Positions 49,885-64,000 of a stretch of DNA of 64,000 nucleotides are shown here, piece by piece. A program made the position numbers and the translations under genes. The notes under the pieces were generated by a model, which saw only the letters and a program-made list of their open reading frames with translations, searched no databases and had not been told where the DNA came from. The DNA lies in NCBI RefSeq assembly GCF_006345805.1, contig NC_042997.1:182404001-182468000 (forward strand), in the 5' to 3' direction. The number at the start of each line of letters is the position of its first letter. Position 1 is the stretch's first letter. The DNA is from Octopus sinensis (Eukaryota).

Positions 49885-50124
49885 GCTCACTTGGAATCTT
49901 GTTTTTCTCCTTAAGGCCACCCCGCTGGCTAAGCGAGCAGGCCAACAGAAGAAAGATTGAGAGTGGTGAAAGAGTACAGCAGGGATCACCACCCCCTGCC
50001 GGAGCCTCGTGGAGCTTTTAGGTGTTTTCGCTCAATAAACACACACAACGCCCGGTCTGGGAATCGAAACCGCGATCCTACGACCGCGAGTCCGCTGCCC
50101 TAACCACTAGGCCATTGCGCCTCC
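49885..50124 (-). mobile_element. tRNA-derived SINE with intact Pol III A and B boxes
   Basis: Minus strand ggaggcgcaaTGGCCTAGTGGttagggcagc...GGTTTCGATTCCcagacc followed by non-tRNA body. Confidence 0.85.
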
Positions 50125-50148
50125 ACATATATATACATACATATACAT

Positions 50149-50173
<25 letters not shown>

Positions 50174-50180
<7 letters not shown>

Positions 50181-50372
50181 CATCATTTAACGTCCGTTTT
50201 CCATGCTGGCAGTGTTTCTACAGCTTGATGCCCTTCCTAATGCCAACCACTGCATGAGTGTAGAGGGTGCTTTTTATGTGCCACCAGCACAGGGGCCAGA
50301 GGAGGCTGGCAATGGCCACGATTGGCTGGTACTTTTTATGTGCCAACGGCACGGAAGCCAGTCATGGCGGTG
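50174..50372 (-). mobile_element. (CAT)n-tailed SINE fragment
   Basis: catcatcatcatttaacgtccgttttccatgc...gatgcccttcctaatgccaaccac. Confidence 0.8.
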
Positions 50373-51799
50373 CTTGTTACATATATATAAATATAAATTA
50401 TATATATGTATGCATATATACATATATAGAAGTACATACCTACATATATATATATTCATATATGGGTAGAGGATGTCACAGAATGTAAACAACAAGAAAT
50501 ATGAAAACATAGAATACAATCTTTGTTTTGCGAATAACGAAAGAAACAAATGGAAAACAAGACAACATAAAGAACGACCCTTCATCAGTTCCCGGCTGTT
50601 TTTCTACTCTGAGTTTCGAGCAATTCACAGATACACCTACAACAAAACAGTTGCTCCCACAAGGCAAATTGAATAAAATTTGGGATTTTGCGGAGGGTCA
50701 AAGTTGGTACCAAAGCAGGACAGTGAAAATAAACAGAAAGGGTTGCTAAGCCTAAATGAGCTGAGGTGGCGAATGCTGAAGGAACAAGCTTTCGTAGGAG
50801 ACAGACAATAACGCGTCTGAACCCTGCAGCTGATCAGAAGGAAACAAAGAACCTTAAGTTAGGAAAAGAAAGATGGCCAATGGTCATGTGCAAGCAACGA
50901 GAGAGTAATGAGGAAGAGTGAGAGAGAGTGAGTGACAGACGAGAATGGCGAAGGGGAGAGGAAAAGAATTAGATGATAGGGATAAAAAAACCAAAAGGGG
51001 AGAAAAAGAATTGGAGAAAGGAAGAGAGAGGAAATGGAAGGGGAAAGAGAAAGAAAAACAGAGACAGAAATAGAACAATAAGGGTTGCATCAAAATTATT
51101 ACGAGAAAACGTACTTGGAAATGTATGTGTGGCGTTCAATCATGTAATCATGTAAATAATATATATATATATGCATATATACATACATGTACATACCTAC
51201 ATATATATGTATATACATAATCATATATGGGTACAGGATGTCACAGAAGGCAAACAACATAATATACAAAAATACGAAATACTAAAACATGGAATACAAA
51301 CTTCTTGTGAGAACAACAAAAGTAACAAATGGAAAACAAGACAAGCATCATAAAGAACGACACTTCATCAGTTGGTGAATTCTATTCTGAATGTTGAGCA
51401 ATTCATGACAAAACAGTGGCCTAGCATACTTAAAAAGTCTGTAATAAAAAGAAAAAAGCCTGAAATTTCTTGAGAACACATTCTTCGTGGTAATACGATT
51501 TGGCATCTTCTGTAATCATATTAGGAATCCACCTTGGTGGTTATTCCTCTTATATATGTATGTAATATTATTTAAAGTCTGCTAGGCCATTGGTTTATAT
51601 TGATATTGATTTTACTCTTTTATTTGTTTCAGTCATTTGACTGTGGCCATGCTGGAGAACTGCCTTTAGTCAAGCAAATCGACCCCAGGACTTGCTTTTT
51701 GTAAGCCTAGTACTTAGCCAAACTGCTAAGTTACGGGGAAGTAAACACACCAGCATTCTTTGTCAAATGATGTTGGGGGAACAAACACAGACACACAAA

Positions 51800-51851
51800 C
51801 ACATACATATATATATATACATACTACTTACTACACAGCCACTCCTGCATA

Positions 51852-51883
<32 letters not shown>

Positions 51884-52314
51884 CATATATATACATACAT
51901 ACATATACATACATACACATATATATACACATACATACACATATATATATACACATACATACATATATATATACATACATACATACACATATATATATAC
52001 ACATACATACATATATATATACATACATACACATATATATATATACATACATACACATATATATATACATACATATACATACATACATACATACACATAT
52101 ATATATACACATACATACACACATATATATATATACACATACATATACCTAGATATACATATATATACATATATACATATGTATACATACATATATACAT
52201 ATGTATACATACATATATACATTTGTATACATACATATACATATGTATATATATATATGTATACATATACATATGTATATATATATACATATATATATAT
52301 ATATACACACACAC

Positions 52315-52351
<37 letters not shown>

Positions 52352-52356
52352 CACAC

Positions 52357-52411
<55 letters not shown>

Positions 52412-52547
52412 TATGTATATATACATATATATACTCTCTTTACTCTTTTACTTGTTTCAGTCATTTAACTGCGGCCATGCTAGAGCAACGCCTTTAGTTG
52501 AGCAAATCGACCCCAGGACTTATATATAAATATATATATATATATAT

Positions 52548-52588
<41 letters not shown>

Positions 52589-52644
52589 TATATATATATA
52601 TACACACATACACACACATATATATATTATATATACACACACAT

Positions 52645-52684
<40 letters not shown>

Positions 52685-52778
52685 ACACACATATATATAT
52701 ATATATATACACATACACACACATATATATATATATATACACACATACACACACATATATATATATATATATACACAT

Positions 52779-52809
<31 letters not shown>

Positions 52810-52814
52810 CACAT

Positions 52815-52900
<86 letters not shown>
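51800..52900. repeat. Compound (TA)n/(CA)n/(TACA)n microsatellite field split by a SINE tail at 52432-52520
   Basis: Directly visible; it explains the overlapping YI/HT/CV-rich ORFs. Confidence 0.97.
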
Positions 52901-52903
<3 letters not shown>

Positions 52904-53519
52904 TACATTATTTTCTCTCCCTGTTTATTTCTGTTCATTTCTGTCGAAGAGCGTAGGCTCGAAACCTAAAAGACTCTCTCACTTTCTGAGTTTTAAACTA
53001 ATACATCTGTTTGTTGTTTACACACATGTCTTCGTCTTTTGTTTTTTTGTAAATTCTCACTATGTGTGTATATATATATAGATAGATAGATATATGTGCA
53101 CACACACATATATACACATACTCACGCACACATATATACATATGAATACATATGCATGCTTTGATACATACATAAATATACACAATTATATCAGTGGGGA
53201 GCTTATCTCAGTTGCAGTAGACTGAATATCAATAAATTACATTTTCAGAATGTAATGATCTCCAAATTCGACAGAAACAGTTGATAGTTTTTTGCAAAGA
53301 TTCTTTGGTATAAAATTTCATCTTATATCATTTCAAGTTGTTGGTATGTCTTCTGTATCATATTGACAATCACTTTCTCCAATTATCTTCACATTTTGGA
53401 TACACATATTAACTCTTCACAAACTTTCTGTGTCCAACTTCAGATGGCGGCAGGCGCATCACATATCCCCAGAGGATACTGAAATTCACGTTCATGTCTG
53501 AATATTTCAATGAAAATAT

Positions 53520-53776
53520 ATAATTGACTCTTCTATCTTTTACTTTTTTCAGTCGTTGGACTGCAGCCATGCCAGGGCATCACCTTAGAGTGTTTTAGTG
53601 AAAGGAATCATCCACAGTACTTATTTCTTAAAGCCTAGTATTTATTCTATTGGTGTTGTTTGCCGACTAAGCCACAGGGATGTAAACAAACTAACATTGG
53701 TTGTCAAGGAGTGATGGGGACAAACATAACACACACACACATATATATATATTATATATATATATATATTATATAT

Positions 53777-53818
<42 letters not shown>

Positions 53819-53955
53819 GCTTCTTTCCGTTTCTGTCTACCAAATCCATTCACAGGATTTTGGTTGGCCTGGGGCTATAGTAGAAAACACATTCCCAAGG
53901 TGCCACGCAGGGAGACTGAACCCAGAAGTATGTAGATGAGAAGTAAACTTCTTAC
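53520..53955 (-). mobile_element. SINE with expanded internal (TA)n
   Basis: Same two halves as 38323-38665, separated by (CA)/(TA) at about 53730-53812. Confidence 0.82.
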
Positions 53956-56900
53956 ACACAAAAATAATATAAAAATAGAAGCTATTCATAGGCTAAGCTA
54001 TTCTTGTGTATATTTAGGGCACTGATTCTAAATTTATCGTCAGTTTTTCCTTACCAGCTCTAGATTCATAGTTACAGCACAGTATATTTATATGCTGATG
54101 CATCCACTCAAGCACTGAAATTGCACCCTTCTTCAATTTTGCTGACTGACTTAATGTCATTCTCTCATATCAATCCATGGAAATTTTCCAAGTGAGAATC
54201 TCAAACTAAGTAAATTATAACATCAATCCCAATTACCAAGCTTAGGCACATCTAAAGTGAAAATACAATTATTTCCATGTACACTGTTAATTTTTTAGTG
54301 GAGGTTTAGTTTGTTTTATATGGTGAGAGACTTGGCTTTTTTTCAAGCTGTGCTGACAAAAATTTATTTAAAAACAATTAAAAAATAAATTGAAAGTAGT
54401 TATTTGTACTTTATCTTTATTTGTCATTATTTCTTTATTGTTTGCGATTCATAAACAGATGGAACTAAACTAAGTTTAGAATATAAAATTACAGACAAAT
54501 ACGGTTAAATGTTTTCCTCATTCAAATATTAATCAGTAAATGAAGGCACTAATATTGCCACCACATTGTTCAGATATAGAAGTACCAGCCAACCCATGCA
54601 CCAAAGATTTTGTTCCTTATTTAAACATTTTGACAGAAAAATGTTAGAAGAATGTGATAGGCAAGCTTATATCTATAAATTGGTTGTAAACTCAAATCAT
54701 ATAATTATATGTGACTGAGTACCTACATAGAGAACCTATTTTCACCTTTTAATCAATTTTAGCTGATGCAAAGTCTTTTGCTACATTTATGATAAATACA
54801 CCCTGAATGACCATAGAAAACCTATTTCTGAATTTAATTTTTTAATAAGGTGTATCTTACTTATTCTAAAGTGCAGCTTTGCAAGGTAAGTCATAGCCTT
54901 CAAATTTAAATACCAAACTTGGATGAAGCATTTGCAACAATGGGTTAATAGAAAGGGATACTTGTAATTTGAAGTACCAATAATTTAGAGAGAAACAAAA
55001 CCCATTCTATCTACCAAGAGCAAGAATCAAAATAATAGTAACAAAGCTGTAACTAAGTGGCCATATCTTGACATAGAATCAACAAGATCTGTACTACATG
55101 CAAATGAGCTACATGTTCTAACTTTCAACCACTGGCTAGAACTTGTAAATGATGATCAAGCTGTTCTGTTTGATGACATAAACCATAACAGGTGAAAAAG
55201 TGACAGAAATGTTAAAGGAACTTCATCAATTGCTCAATTTTTTTTAACCAATTTGAACTGATATTATTAGGGATCTAAACTTCTTAAAAGGATCTTCTGA
55301 ATTGCTGGCCAATAATTTCAATCAAATGTATCTATTTTATTCTGAAACCAAAATTACATTGGCATAGCAGGGAAGAAGATTTACTGTTTTCCTCTTCTAA
55401 GGATCACAAACTAGTTTTCTGCAATGTTGTCTGAGAACTTTCAAGGAAATATGCCAAATGAATGGAAGCATGGATTTCTTTGCCCACTAGAAAAGAGAGA
55501 TGTTAAAAAGATTCATATTTTACAGATTTTAATGAATGACACTGAGATTTGCTCTAGTTGTGATATACTTTCTAAGCAACCATGAGATATGCAACTACTC
55601 TGAATTAGTAGAAAGCACAATCTCCAGTTTTAATGAATTTAGTTGCAACATGAGCATTAAGATACATTATGCTCACAGCTATTAAAACACTTTGCAGTGA
55701 GAGAGAGAGAAAAGGCCTTTGATTAAAGTAAAGTGCCCAAATAAAAATTTCATTAGGATATAGAAAGAATGAAAGAAATTAGAGAAGTGGTGCACACCCA
55801 TGATGGCAGATTACTGTTGGAATTGAAGCAAGATTCTTCTAGTAAATCTCTCTGAAAAGTTCCATAAAACTTTGCATTGAATGATTGTTTTACGCTTATT
55901 TTTAAGTTACAACGAAAAGAGATTCTAATGTAGTGCACTTTTACCTTATGTGTTGAAATAAATTATTTAGCAAAATGTGATTTAAATGTAGGTATATGTA
56001 ATATGTTAATAGCATTAATATTATTGTTATTTTTGTATCAAAATAATACATTATTTATTAATTAGAGCTGATAGGGCAAAACTGATACCATTTTTGGAAT
56101 CAGCACCCTAAATATACCCAACAATAGGTCTAATTTCAAAGGCACAAAAATATGTGTTGGCCAGTGTAATATATTCAAATGTTGTTGCAATCAATTAATT
56201 ACAATGAGTTTTTCTTGTTATACAGATTGAACTGTAATATTTTTTTAGTTTCTTGAGATGTCCATTCTTTCTGTCATTGATTTTAAGAAGTTGTACTCTA
56301 TAAATATAATTCATTCATTGGTTGATGAAATTCAAGTATACATTGACTTCAAACCTATTTAGAGACACTGATCTCAAGAAATTGCTCTAAAGTTAAAAAT
56401 ATACAAAAGGTAAGATCTCTTATTAAATGAGTAAAATAGTTTTATTGATCTTTCATTTCCATTTACATAATTAGAGGAAAATTTCTAAGGAACTGAACTT
56501 AGAATAACTATTTCACTGGTTTTATCTTATTAGACTATTGATTGATTGTCTTTTACAAAAGACATACATCATTATTAAGAAGTAATTTTGAGATCTTCTT
56601 TCAAGCATATTTTCACATAAGAGCTTGAAAATACTTTAATTTGTTTTTTTAAGTCTCAAAATTTTTTTTCACACTAATTTTCAAAATAACCTCACCTTTA
56701 GAGTTTCATAGCAAGAAGTAAATCTAAAATTCAAGCCATTAACTTTACATGATATTACAATGGCATCTTCCTTGAATTTTAATTTTCCTTAGAAAACTAG
56801 TATTAAATGACCACATCAAGTTACAAGAATTTTACTACTACCACATCATCATCATTTAATGCCCTCCTTCCATGCTGGCACAGATTGGATGGTTTGATAA

Positions 56901-57093
56901 GAACTGATGAGTCAGAAGACTGCACCAAGCTCTACTGTCATCTCTGGTGTGATATCTACAGCTCGATGCCTTTCCTAATGCTAACCTTTTACAGAGTGTA
57001 CCAAGTGCTTTTTTACCAGTAGCAGTGAGGTCACCAAGTAACTAGCAAGGCAAGGCACCTCTCAACAGAGGGGGTGTACTAAGTGATATGAGG

Positions 57094-57310
57094 TGGTGAG
57101 CTGGCAGAATCGTTAGCGCGCCGGGCGAAATGCTTATCGGTATTTCGTCTGCCGCTACGTTGAGTTCAAATTCCGCCGAGGTCGACTTTGCCTTTCATCC
57201 TTTCGGGGTCGATTAAATAAGTACCAGTTACGTACTGGGGTCGATATAATCGACTTAATCTGTTTGTCTGTCATTGTTTGTCCTCTCTGTGTCTAGCCCC
57301 TAGTGGGTAG
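57094..57310 (+). mobile_element. Young tRNA-derived SINE inserted beside an older reverse SINE (56833-57050)
   Basis: ggtgagctggcagaatcgttagc...gagttcaaattcc (B box)...gtcgactttgcctttcatcctttcggggtcgattaaataagtaccag; central domain resembles the Meta-SINE domain (from memory). Confidence 0.85.
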
Positions 57311-58499
57311 TAAAGAAAGAGATATGAGGCGCAAATATGAAGAGAGGGTCAGAAATAAGTGTCTTGCAGTGAAGGAAATATATGGCTATCTGAACTAGAG
57401 AGAGAGGAGTAGATAAAAGAGAGACTGACTAACAATGCTAGCAGCCACTGGTTGAAATAACCATGAACACCAACAAATATGGCATATAACTGTAGAACTA
57501 CTTAAGATTTCACTTAACAAATGTAATCTATCAAGTAATAACTATTAATATTAGTAATTTTTATAAAACTTCAAAACTGCTAAGGTAGTGAGAATAAGAA
57601 ACTGGGATAATGATAATAAATTTTTACATTTTAATGTTATTTTTTTTTAAATGTATCAAATGCAGAGCACATACATATGCCAATGATAATTAGTTTGAAA
57701 CTAGTATTTTCTAATGAAGGTATTAGATCTAATATACACATAGATTAGGGACTTGGGATTAAAGAGTTAAATATCCCTAGACAAAAAACACAAGCAAAAT
57801 GAAAATTAAACCCTAGTTGTTAATCTATTCTAAATTTATGACTAAGTAGTCTACTTTAGACTATATAAGCTTTATTCTCATTAATCTAAAGTACCTTGCA
57901 TCTTCTTTAGCAATACAATTTGCCTCTATTTTTTTTATTACTGAAGTTATTCCACTTAAAAATCAATTAAAACAAATGTTCATAAAGTTAGAAATAATTT
58001 GTGTAAGCAAAACGAAAACAAAATTATGTATAATGAAAACATGTGAGAATTAAATCATTATGTTAATAGCACAGTCATCAAAGTAGACAGGATTTTCCAT
58101 TTTGTCGAAATTATCGGGATATGATCACTTCAAATGAAAACTAAACATTGGTCAGAATAACAAAAGTATTAAGCACCCAAAACAGCTTTTTATTAGTTAT
58201 ATCTATAAAATAAAGTACCAAAAAAAAAAGAAATAGAAAAATGTTGACAAGCATCAAAACAATTATTTTAAATAGCTATAACAAAACCCTATGTTAAACA
58301 AAGATAAAGCTAGCCAGTAATGTGAGATATTTGTCCACCAAAGTAAAGATGATGATCAGAAAATCAAATGATGTCATTTATGCTTCATATAACCTACAAG
58401 CACATTCTCATCTCCTGAAAACTAGTCAGGTTTTGAAGGCTCTTGTGATGATAATCTCTAACTTAACAAAATCCTCCAAACTTCCATTTCTCAAATAAG

Positions 58500-59460
58500 A
58501 TTGTTCTGTTAAGTTGTACTCCTGCATATAAAGCAGCTACATTTGGTGCTACATTTCCAGTTCCACTTCTCACATATACATGCACACAACTCTTACAAAA
58601 TCTTATGTGCCTCAATTACATGTATGCAGTCACTAAGCGAAAACTTCTGATAACTTCAGTCCAACAAAGCAACTAGTTTTGACTGCATTATTGGCATCAA
58701 ACCATGCCCACCCAGCAGTATGCTCCTAAGCCTCCTCCTAGCTTAAACTATTTTCTCTATTTCTTTCAGTATCTATCTCAACTTATAGAAATATGCAATA
58801 ATATGTCCCATCTTCAAGAAAAGCTACTTCCTTGTCTAGTCAACCATTGACCTAATACTCTCAAAAGTAGTTGTTAAATGTAATAAGCACACATCTCTTT
58901 TCCAACTTTGAATACCATTCCCTCCTCACAGACAACTTTTTGTATAACCAGATCTGTTGGGATGTTCTATGTCACTCATCAGCAATCTCTTGCGTTAGGA
59001 AATTTTGTCAAAAACAAATATTTACCGTGACATCAACAAAACCTTGATTGAATACCTCCTAGTATAGTTGTTTACCATGGGCTCTATTTGTCTCATTTTT
59101 TTGATCAGGAGTTTCTTGTCAGACTTACATAGCAGTGTAAGTTGACTAGGCTCTCTCTGGCATACTGGTGTTCTTCAGAGCTCAGTTACAATTTCCACTT
59201 TTAAATCCTTTAACCTCCTATGCAGACATCATACATACAACCTAAACACTGCATCCCAGTCATATATCATTTCTATGAGAAGAAACCTTGAAAACATCTT
59301 CCAATGGTGACATAACAGCTTAGTCTTGTTCAACAGCACAAAAGTACAATCACTACACATATCAGGGAAATACACCTACAATACTATACCTTCCATGAAC
59401 AATACCTATGAACAACACACAACTAAGCTTTCACAAATTTACATATACAAGCTTTGCAAT
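58500..59460 (+). mobile_element. CR1/L2-group LINE remnant
   Basis: Decayed GVPQGS-like (ggtgttcttcagagctca) and YAD (tatgcagac) motifs; similar to 28430-28640. Confidence 0.55.
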
Positions 59461-60785
59461 ATCACATGATCTTTCAAAGCAAACAAAACTATGACAACTA
59501 AAAAAAGGCTAGGCTCCTTTACAAGCTTGAGCAAGATTCAGAATACTACTCATACATAGAGATGGAACAGCTACTACACACAAAATTATTCAAGAGCACA
59601 TACATAAAAAAATTTATCTAACAATTAGCAAACCATCACTCACCAACATATCATATCCTGCTTCCTTTCTCTGTTACTGAAATGAATCTCAGTTTTACTA
59701 ACCAGTAAATTATCACTAAATGCAGCTGTTCATCTCTCATCATTTTAACCACAACTCACAAGAAATTTCACACTAAAACTTCACCTTGACTCTTCTTCCT
59801 TAGACTTTTAGAAGTCATATTTAAAACATCATCATAAAACCTTTGTTATACTATGATGACCATAAGTGACTATGAAGGAACAAATTCAGTATTGTTTGTT
59901 AACTGAACAATATCAGTTTGTGAGAAAAGCTAAATTGAAATGACTTAAGCAAGTAAGAAAGCATTAGCCAATGCAAACTATCTTAAAGTGATAGCAGAAG
60001 CCATTTGACATAAGGTTAAACCAGAGAAAGGTCAGATCTGAAAATGATAGTGGAAGAAAATACTCATAATAACGGTAAGCTAAGGATGACAAAACCAAAG
60101 CCATTGGGTTTAACAGATTAGATAATAGATCAAGGAAACAGGAAAGGCTGGCTAAACAATGACAAATATGATGATAAAGGAATAGTTATGATAGTGTATG
60201 AATTGATCTTTCATACTTTTCATACTCTTATCCTATTTCTTTATCTCTTTAATGCATATTTTACCATTTTGCATAATAAATGCTTTCATCTTAAAAAATT
60301 ATTCTACAATAAATTTTCTGTCAGATTAAGATCTAATGTGCCTCTCATCTTCAAGAAATTTAAAAAGAAAGAAACACCTTAATCCACCAGCAAATGCTTC
60401 CATATACAATATATTTAGTCTTTAGCAGAATGAGAAAATCTTGAAAACATTTTCAAAATTACCCAAGCTTCAACTTATATTTAAATACACAAAGCATTTT
60501 GCTGACCGTCTTCAATTTTTTTTTAATATTCATTATGCAGTTAGTTTTATTGTTACACAATATTTAACTGGAATGTAACAAGAAATGTCAAAAAGTTTTG
60601 ATGTATAATTCTTTCATTGAGTTTTCACTTTTTAGGATACCAAATCAAAAGAGCTTTGACAAATCTGGAAAATGTCATTTAAACAAAAAATGCCATATTT
60701 TCATACTGTACAAAACAAGACCTGATTTTAATCAGTAAATAGTTTGATAGAAATTTGAAAATCTTTTGATAATATCAAAATCCAA

Positions 60786-61707
60786 TTCATATAGAGATTA
60801 TGAGTCTGTTGTAATACATTACAGCAAAATATACATTTTGAATGCTGAAGATCTGTACAATTAGTGAGGAACAATTTAGTAATTATAGCATCTAATATAT
60901 GTCATGAGAAAGGGTGAACATAAACGCAAGGAAATATAGAGCATTAGTCAAAACGTGCAACTGTGATGAATGTTATGAATACAATGTAAAAGAATAATGT
61001 ATGCTGAGTGAAAAAAGTGTTTGGAATTGATGTTTGTCCCCTGTCAATGTTGAACAAGTAGATTTATGACGAAAAGCATTCTAATTACGACCATTCTGTC
61101 TTTTTGAGAGTTACTAGAACAACATAAACTAATGTGCCCTGTGCTTTTTTAAAGTTACTAGTGTGATTTGAAAGAGATTTGGTTGCTATTTCTTGTAAGT
61201 GAAGTGACTATACAAGGGCTCCCTAATTGGTTCACCCAGTGTGAATTGGCTACAGAAAGTTACAGAGGTAGATTTTAGAAGAAATATGAATGCTAGGTTT
61301 CATACCTGTCCAGCTCATTCATACAGGCATAGAAAAATATCTTTGTACAAAGCTTCTTGAGTTTGAACCAAAATTATATTATCAGGACTGAATTCTTAGT
61401 TATTCAACAGCCATTCTGTCTATATCTTCATGTATTAGAAAGCATATCTGTAATGCTTACATTTGTAATCTGCCATTCTATACTATTGGAATCTGAACAG
61501 TGCAGATTTAGACCACTTCTCTCAAAATTGGTAACTACTAGTTGGATTCCAGTTGTTTGTATGAGGGTCAAAAAGGACTGCTTGACTCTGTTACTAAAAA
61601 AAATTCAGCTTCCTCTTCATATAGAGATTATGAGTCTGTTGTAATATATTACAGCAAACTATACATTTTGAACAAAGATCTGTACACTTAATGAGGAACA
61701 ATTTAGT
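60786..61707. repeat. Dispersed direct repeat of about 92-95 bp (60786-60880 and 61616-61707)
   Basis: ttcatatagagattatgagtctgttgtaata...gaggaacaatttagt occurs twice, 830 bp apart. Confidence 0.9.
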
Positions 61708-62035
61708 CTAAACTGAAATGAGAATATCAGTTACACCCAATTGCAGAAGACCTTGATGTTAGAGAAAGAATTCATATGACATTTCTCAATTTGCTACTTG
61801 GTTTATATTTCTTGCTTCTTTCTGATCTTCATGGTTAGGCAGTTTTACTTTTTCACCTTCTTTTATAATACATACCAGATTATATTTTACTTTAAAAAAT
61901 CCATTAATGATCCACTGTTTTATATGTAACAATATAAGAGTTTTTAAATCATTAATCAGACTATTGTTTTCTTTTTGGAATCACATATTTGTATTTTATT
62001 CTGCACTAAACTCTCTATCAAATTAAGGTAGTATA

Positions 62036-62171
62036 TGTTTATGAATCAGTACATTGATCATCATCATCATCATCATCATCGCCATTTAACGTCTGCTTTC
62101 CATGCTGGCATGGGTTTGATGGAAAGCGGACGTTAAATGATGACTGTGATCAATGTACTGATTCATAAACA
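62036..62171. repeat. Compound fold-back: 25-bp perfect outer stem plus 21-bp inner stem
   Basis: 62036-62060 pairs with 62147-62171; 62083-62103 pairs with 62119-62139 (one mismatch); 15-nt loop. Confidence 0.95.
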
Positions 62172-64000
62172 ACAATGATTAAAATGGTCTCTATTGATGT
62201 TCAGGATATAATAGGACATCTGATTAATCCTAAGGATGGGTCATATGAACCAACTTGATGAGTAATTTAACTTTTTAGCTTATAAGCTCTTACTTGGCCT
62301 TAAGTTTCCATCACTTCAGTGTCCAGGAATAATCTGAAGCATTTTTTTTAAGCCAGTGACTATATATATTAAATTCTATAATTACTAAATTGTTCCTCAC
62401 TAACTGTACGGATCTTCAACATTCAAAATGTATATTTTCCTGTAATATATTACAACAGACTCAATCTGTATATGAAGGGGAAACTGAATTTTTTTTAGTA
62501 ACAGAGTCAAGCAGTTCTCTAAATTTTTCCAGCTGCTTCCTACAAATCCTAATTACCATACAATCAACAGCTCTACTTTAGGCACTAAATATATTTTCTA
62601 AAAAATAAAAAAACTCTTTATCTAACATATGAGCATACTACTGGAGCAGTCCATAGCTAACCATGCAGCCAGATAACCAATCCACTTAATTTTTAATTCA
62701 TTGATCTATCAAAGCTCCCAATACACCTTTTACACTAACTACACAATACCAAATTAGTCATGAATAGAGAACACTTCTTGTACTCTACTGCTGAATTTTT
62801 GGGAAAATGGCCATCATTCAAGCCCATCCAATAAGAAAAATTCTAAAAATGTATCAAATTACAAAACAATTAAACAGCATAAATTTATAAAGCCACAAAA
62901 TTTTAATTTTAACAATAAAGAATTTTTTTTAAATGACAGACATGAAATATCAGATGATTTTTTTCCCAGCACTTAGTAAAATGACAAAGACTTTATTTTT
63001 TAAACTAAAAGTGTTTGATATTGATAAGCATGTGTCAAGTAATTGTTTTTGTTATTATCACTACTAACTATCAAAGTACTTAGAATGCTTTGTAAACATT
63101 ATTCCATTTCATATCAATAGCAATATTAAGTATACTGCTTCAAGTTTTGGTACCAAGAGCAACTATGTACAATTCAGATTAGCAAATCTGATTATGAAAA
63201 GAAAATATTATCTACAACATTGATTTCAAATTTTGACACAAGGCCAGCAATTTCAGAGTAGGAGGTAAGTCAGTTACATCAACTCCATTATGCAACTCAT
63301 ACTTATTTTATTGACTCTGAAAGGAAGAAAGGCAAAGTCATACTCTAGCACCAGTGATTTCAGAAGTGGCTGATAAACTGTAAGATAATGGTCTTGAAAC
63401 TAAGTCTGAATTCCAAGATACAGATGAAATTATTACTGCTAAATTGTACCATTCTAATGAATAGAATGAAGTACTTTTATGTACTTTACATTAAAAATCA
63501 TTAAAAAATCCCCCATAAAAATATGAATTGCACACCAAAAAAAAAAAGTGTATCAATGGTTACATTTTACATTAGCATAAACTAATCATAAAGAGATCAG
63601 TTATACATGATTAATCACTATCTAATTTTCTGGCCATTTAATTATATTAAATTACACATTGATACTTGTATAACTGGATTTATATCAATAACATATCTAT
63701 TCATTCTTAATACGTTCTGGCAGATTCAAGCATGAATGTCTAATTGTTGTTGTTTGTTGTCATCAGAGAACACATCCTCCCTTCATATGATGCATGTTCA
63801 TCAATATAAGGGAACATTGAGACACTGCAGGGTTTCAACCTTATTGTGTCTTGTTAGTTAAAGCCTAGCAGACTGATGAATCTAACAAGAGTACAAGTTC
63901 TTGTTTATAGAAATCAACAGACAAATTATTTGCTGATGCCTGCCAAACAGATAATAATTTATGGGGTACACACAGAGAATATATTAAGAATGAATAGTTA

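Noticed and set aside
50050-50124. tRNA-like sequence with A and B boxes
   Set aside because: No complete cloverleaf acceptor stem, and it continues into a SINE body; called as a SINE head.
50575-50630. Hammerhead-like GAAAC and CTGATGA on the minus strand; also ctgtcgaagagcgtaggctcgaaac at 52941-52965
   Set aside because: The core segments are in the wrong order or degenerate and helices I and II do not close. At most these are decayed Penelope-type terminal repeats.
51692-53183. Long overlapping ORFs (up to 258 aa) rich in Y, I, H, T, C, V
   Set aside because: Translations of TA/CA microsatellites on both strands.

Overview
AT-rich eukaryotic genomic DNA, almost certainly from an octopus. 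This is inferred from the protein's close match to squid neuronal Sec1 as I recall that sequence, and from the SINE and microsatellite landscape. The window holds one gene on the minus strand: the neuronal Sec1/Munc18 protein (STXBP1/Munc18-1/Rop/unc-18 orthologue). I reconstructed 15 coding exons by hand (47050 down to the stop at 4911). All have GT-AG ends and consistent phases, total 1742 nt, and give an uninterrupted 580-codon frame. The short first coding exon was not found and probably lies beyond 64000. Most exon lengths equal those of human STXBP1. The outlier is a 20.8-kb intron (10194-31025) containing a repeat-poor block with an in-frame 81-nt cassette-exon candidate, UGCAUG motifs, and several weaker microexon or poison-exon candidates; this is the best lead in the window. 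The 3' end shows a splice donor 14 nt after the stop and further UTR splice signals. Introns contain an internally deleted Ty3/Gypsy element with both LTRs, a Naiad-like Penelope remnant, tandem non-autonomous Helitrons nested in a Tigger-like MITE, a DD37D mariner remnant, LINE fragments, many SINEs (some with internal tandem amplifications), long microsatellites and three fold-back structures. The supplied ORF track is mostly noise or repeat-derived.
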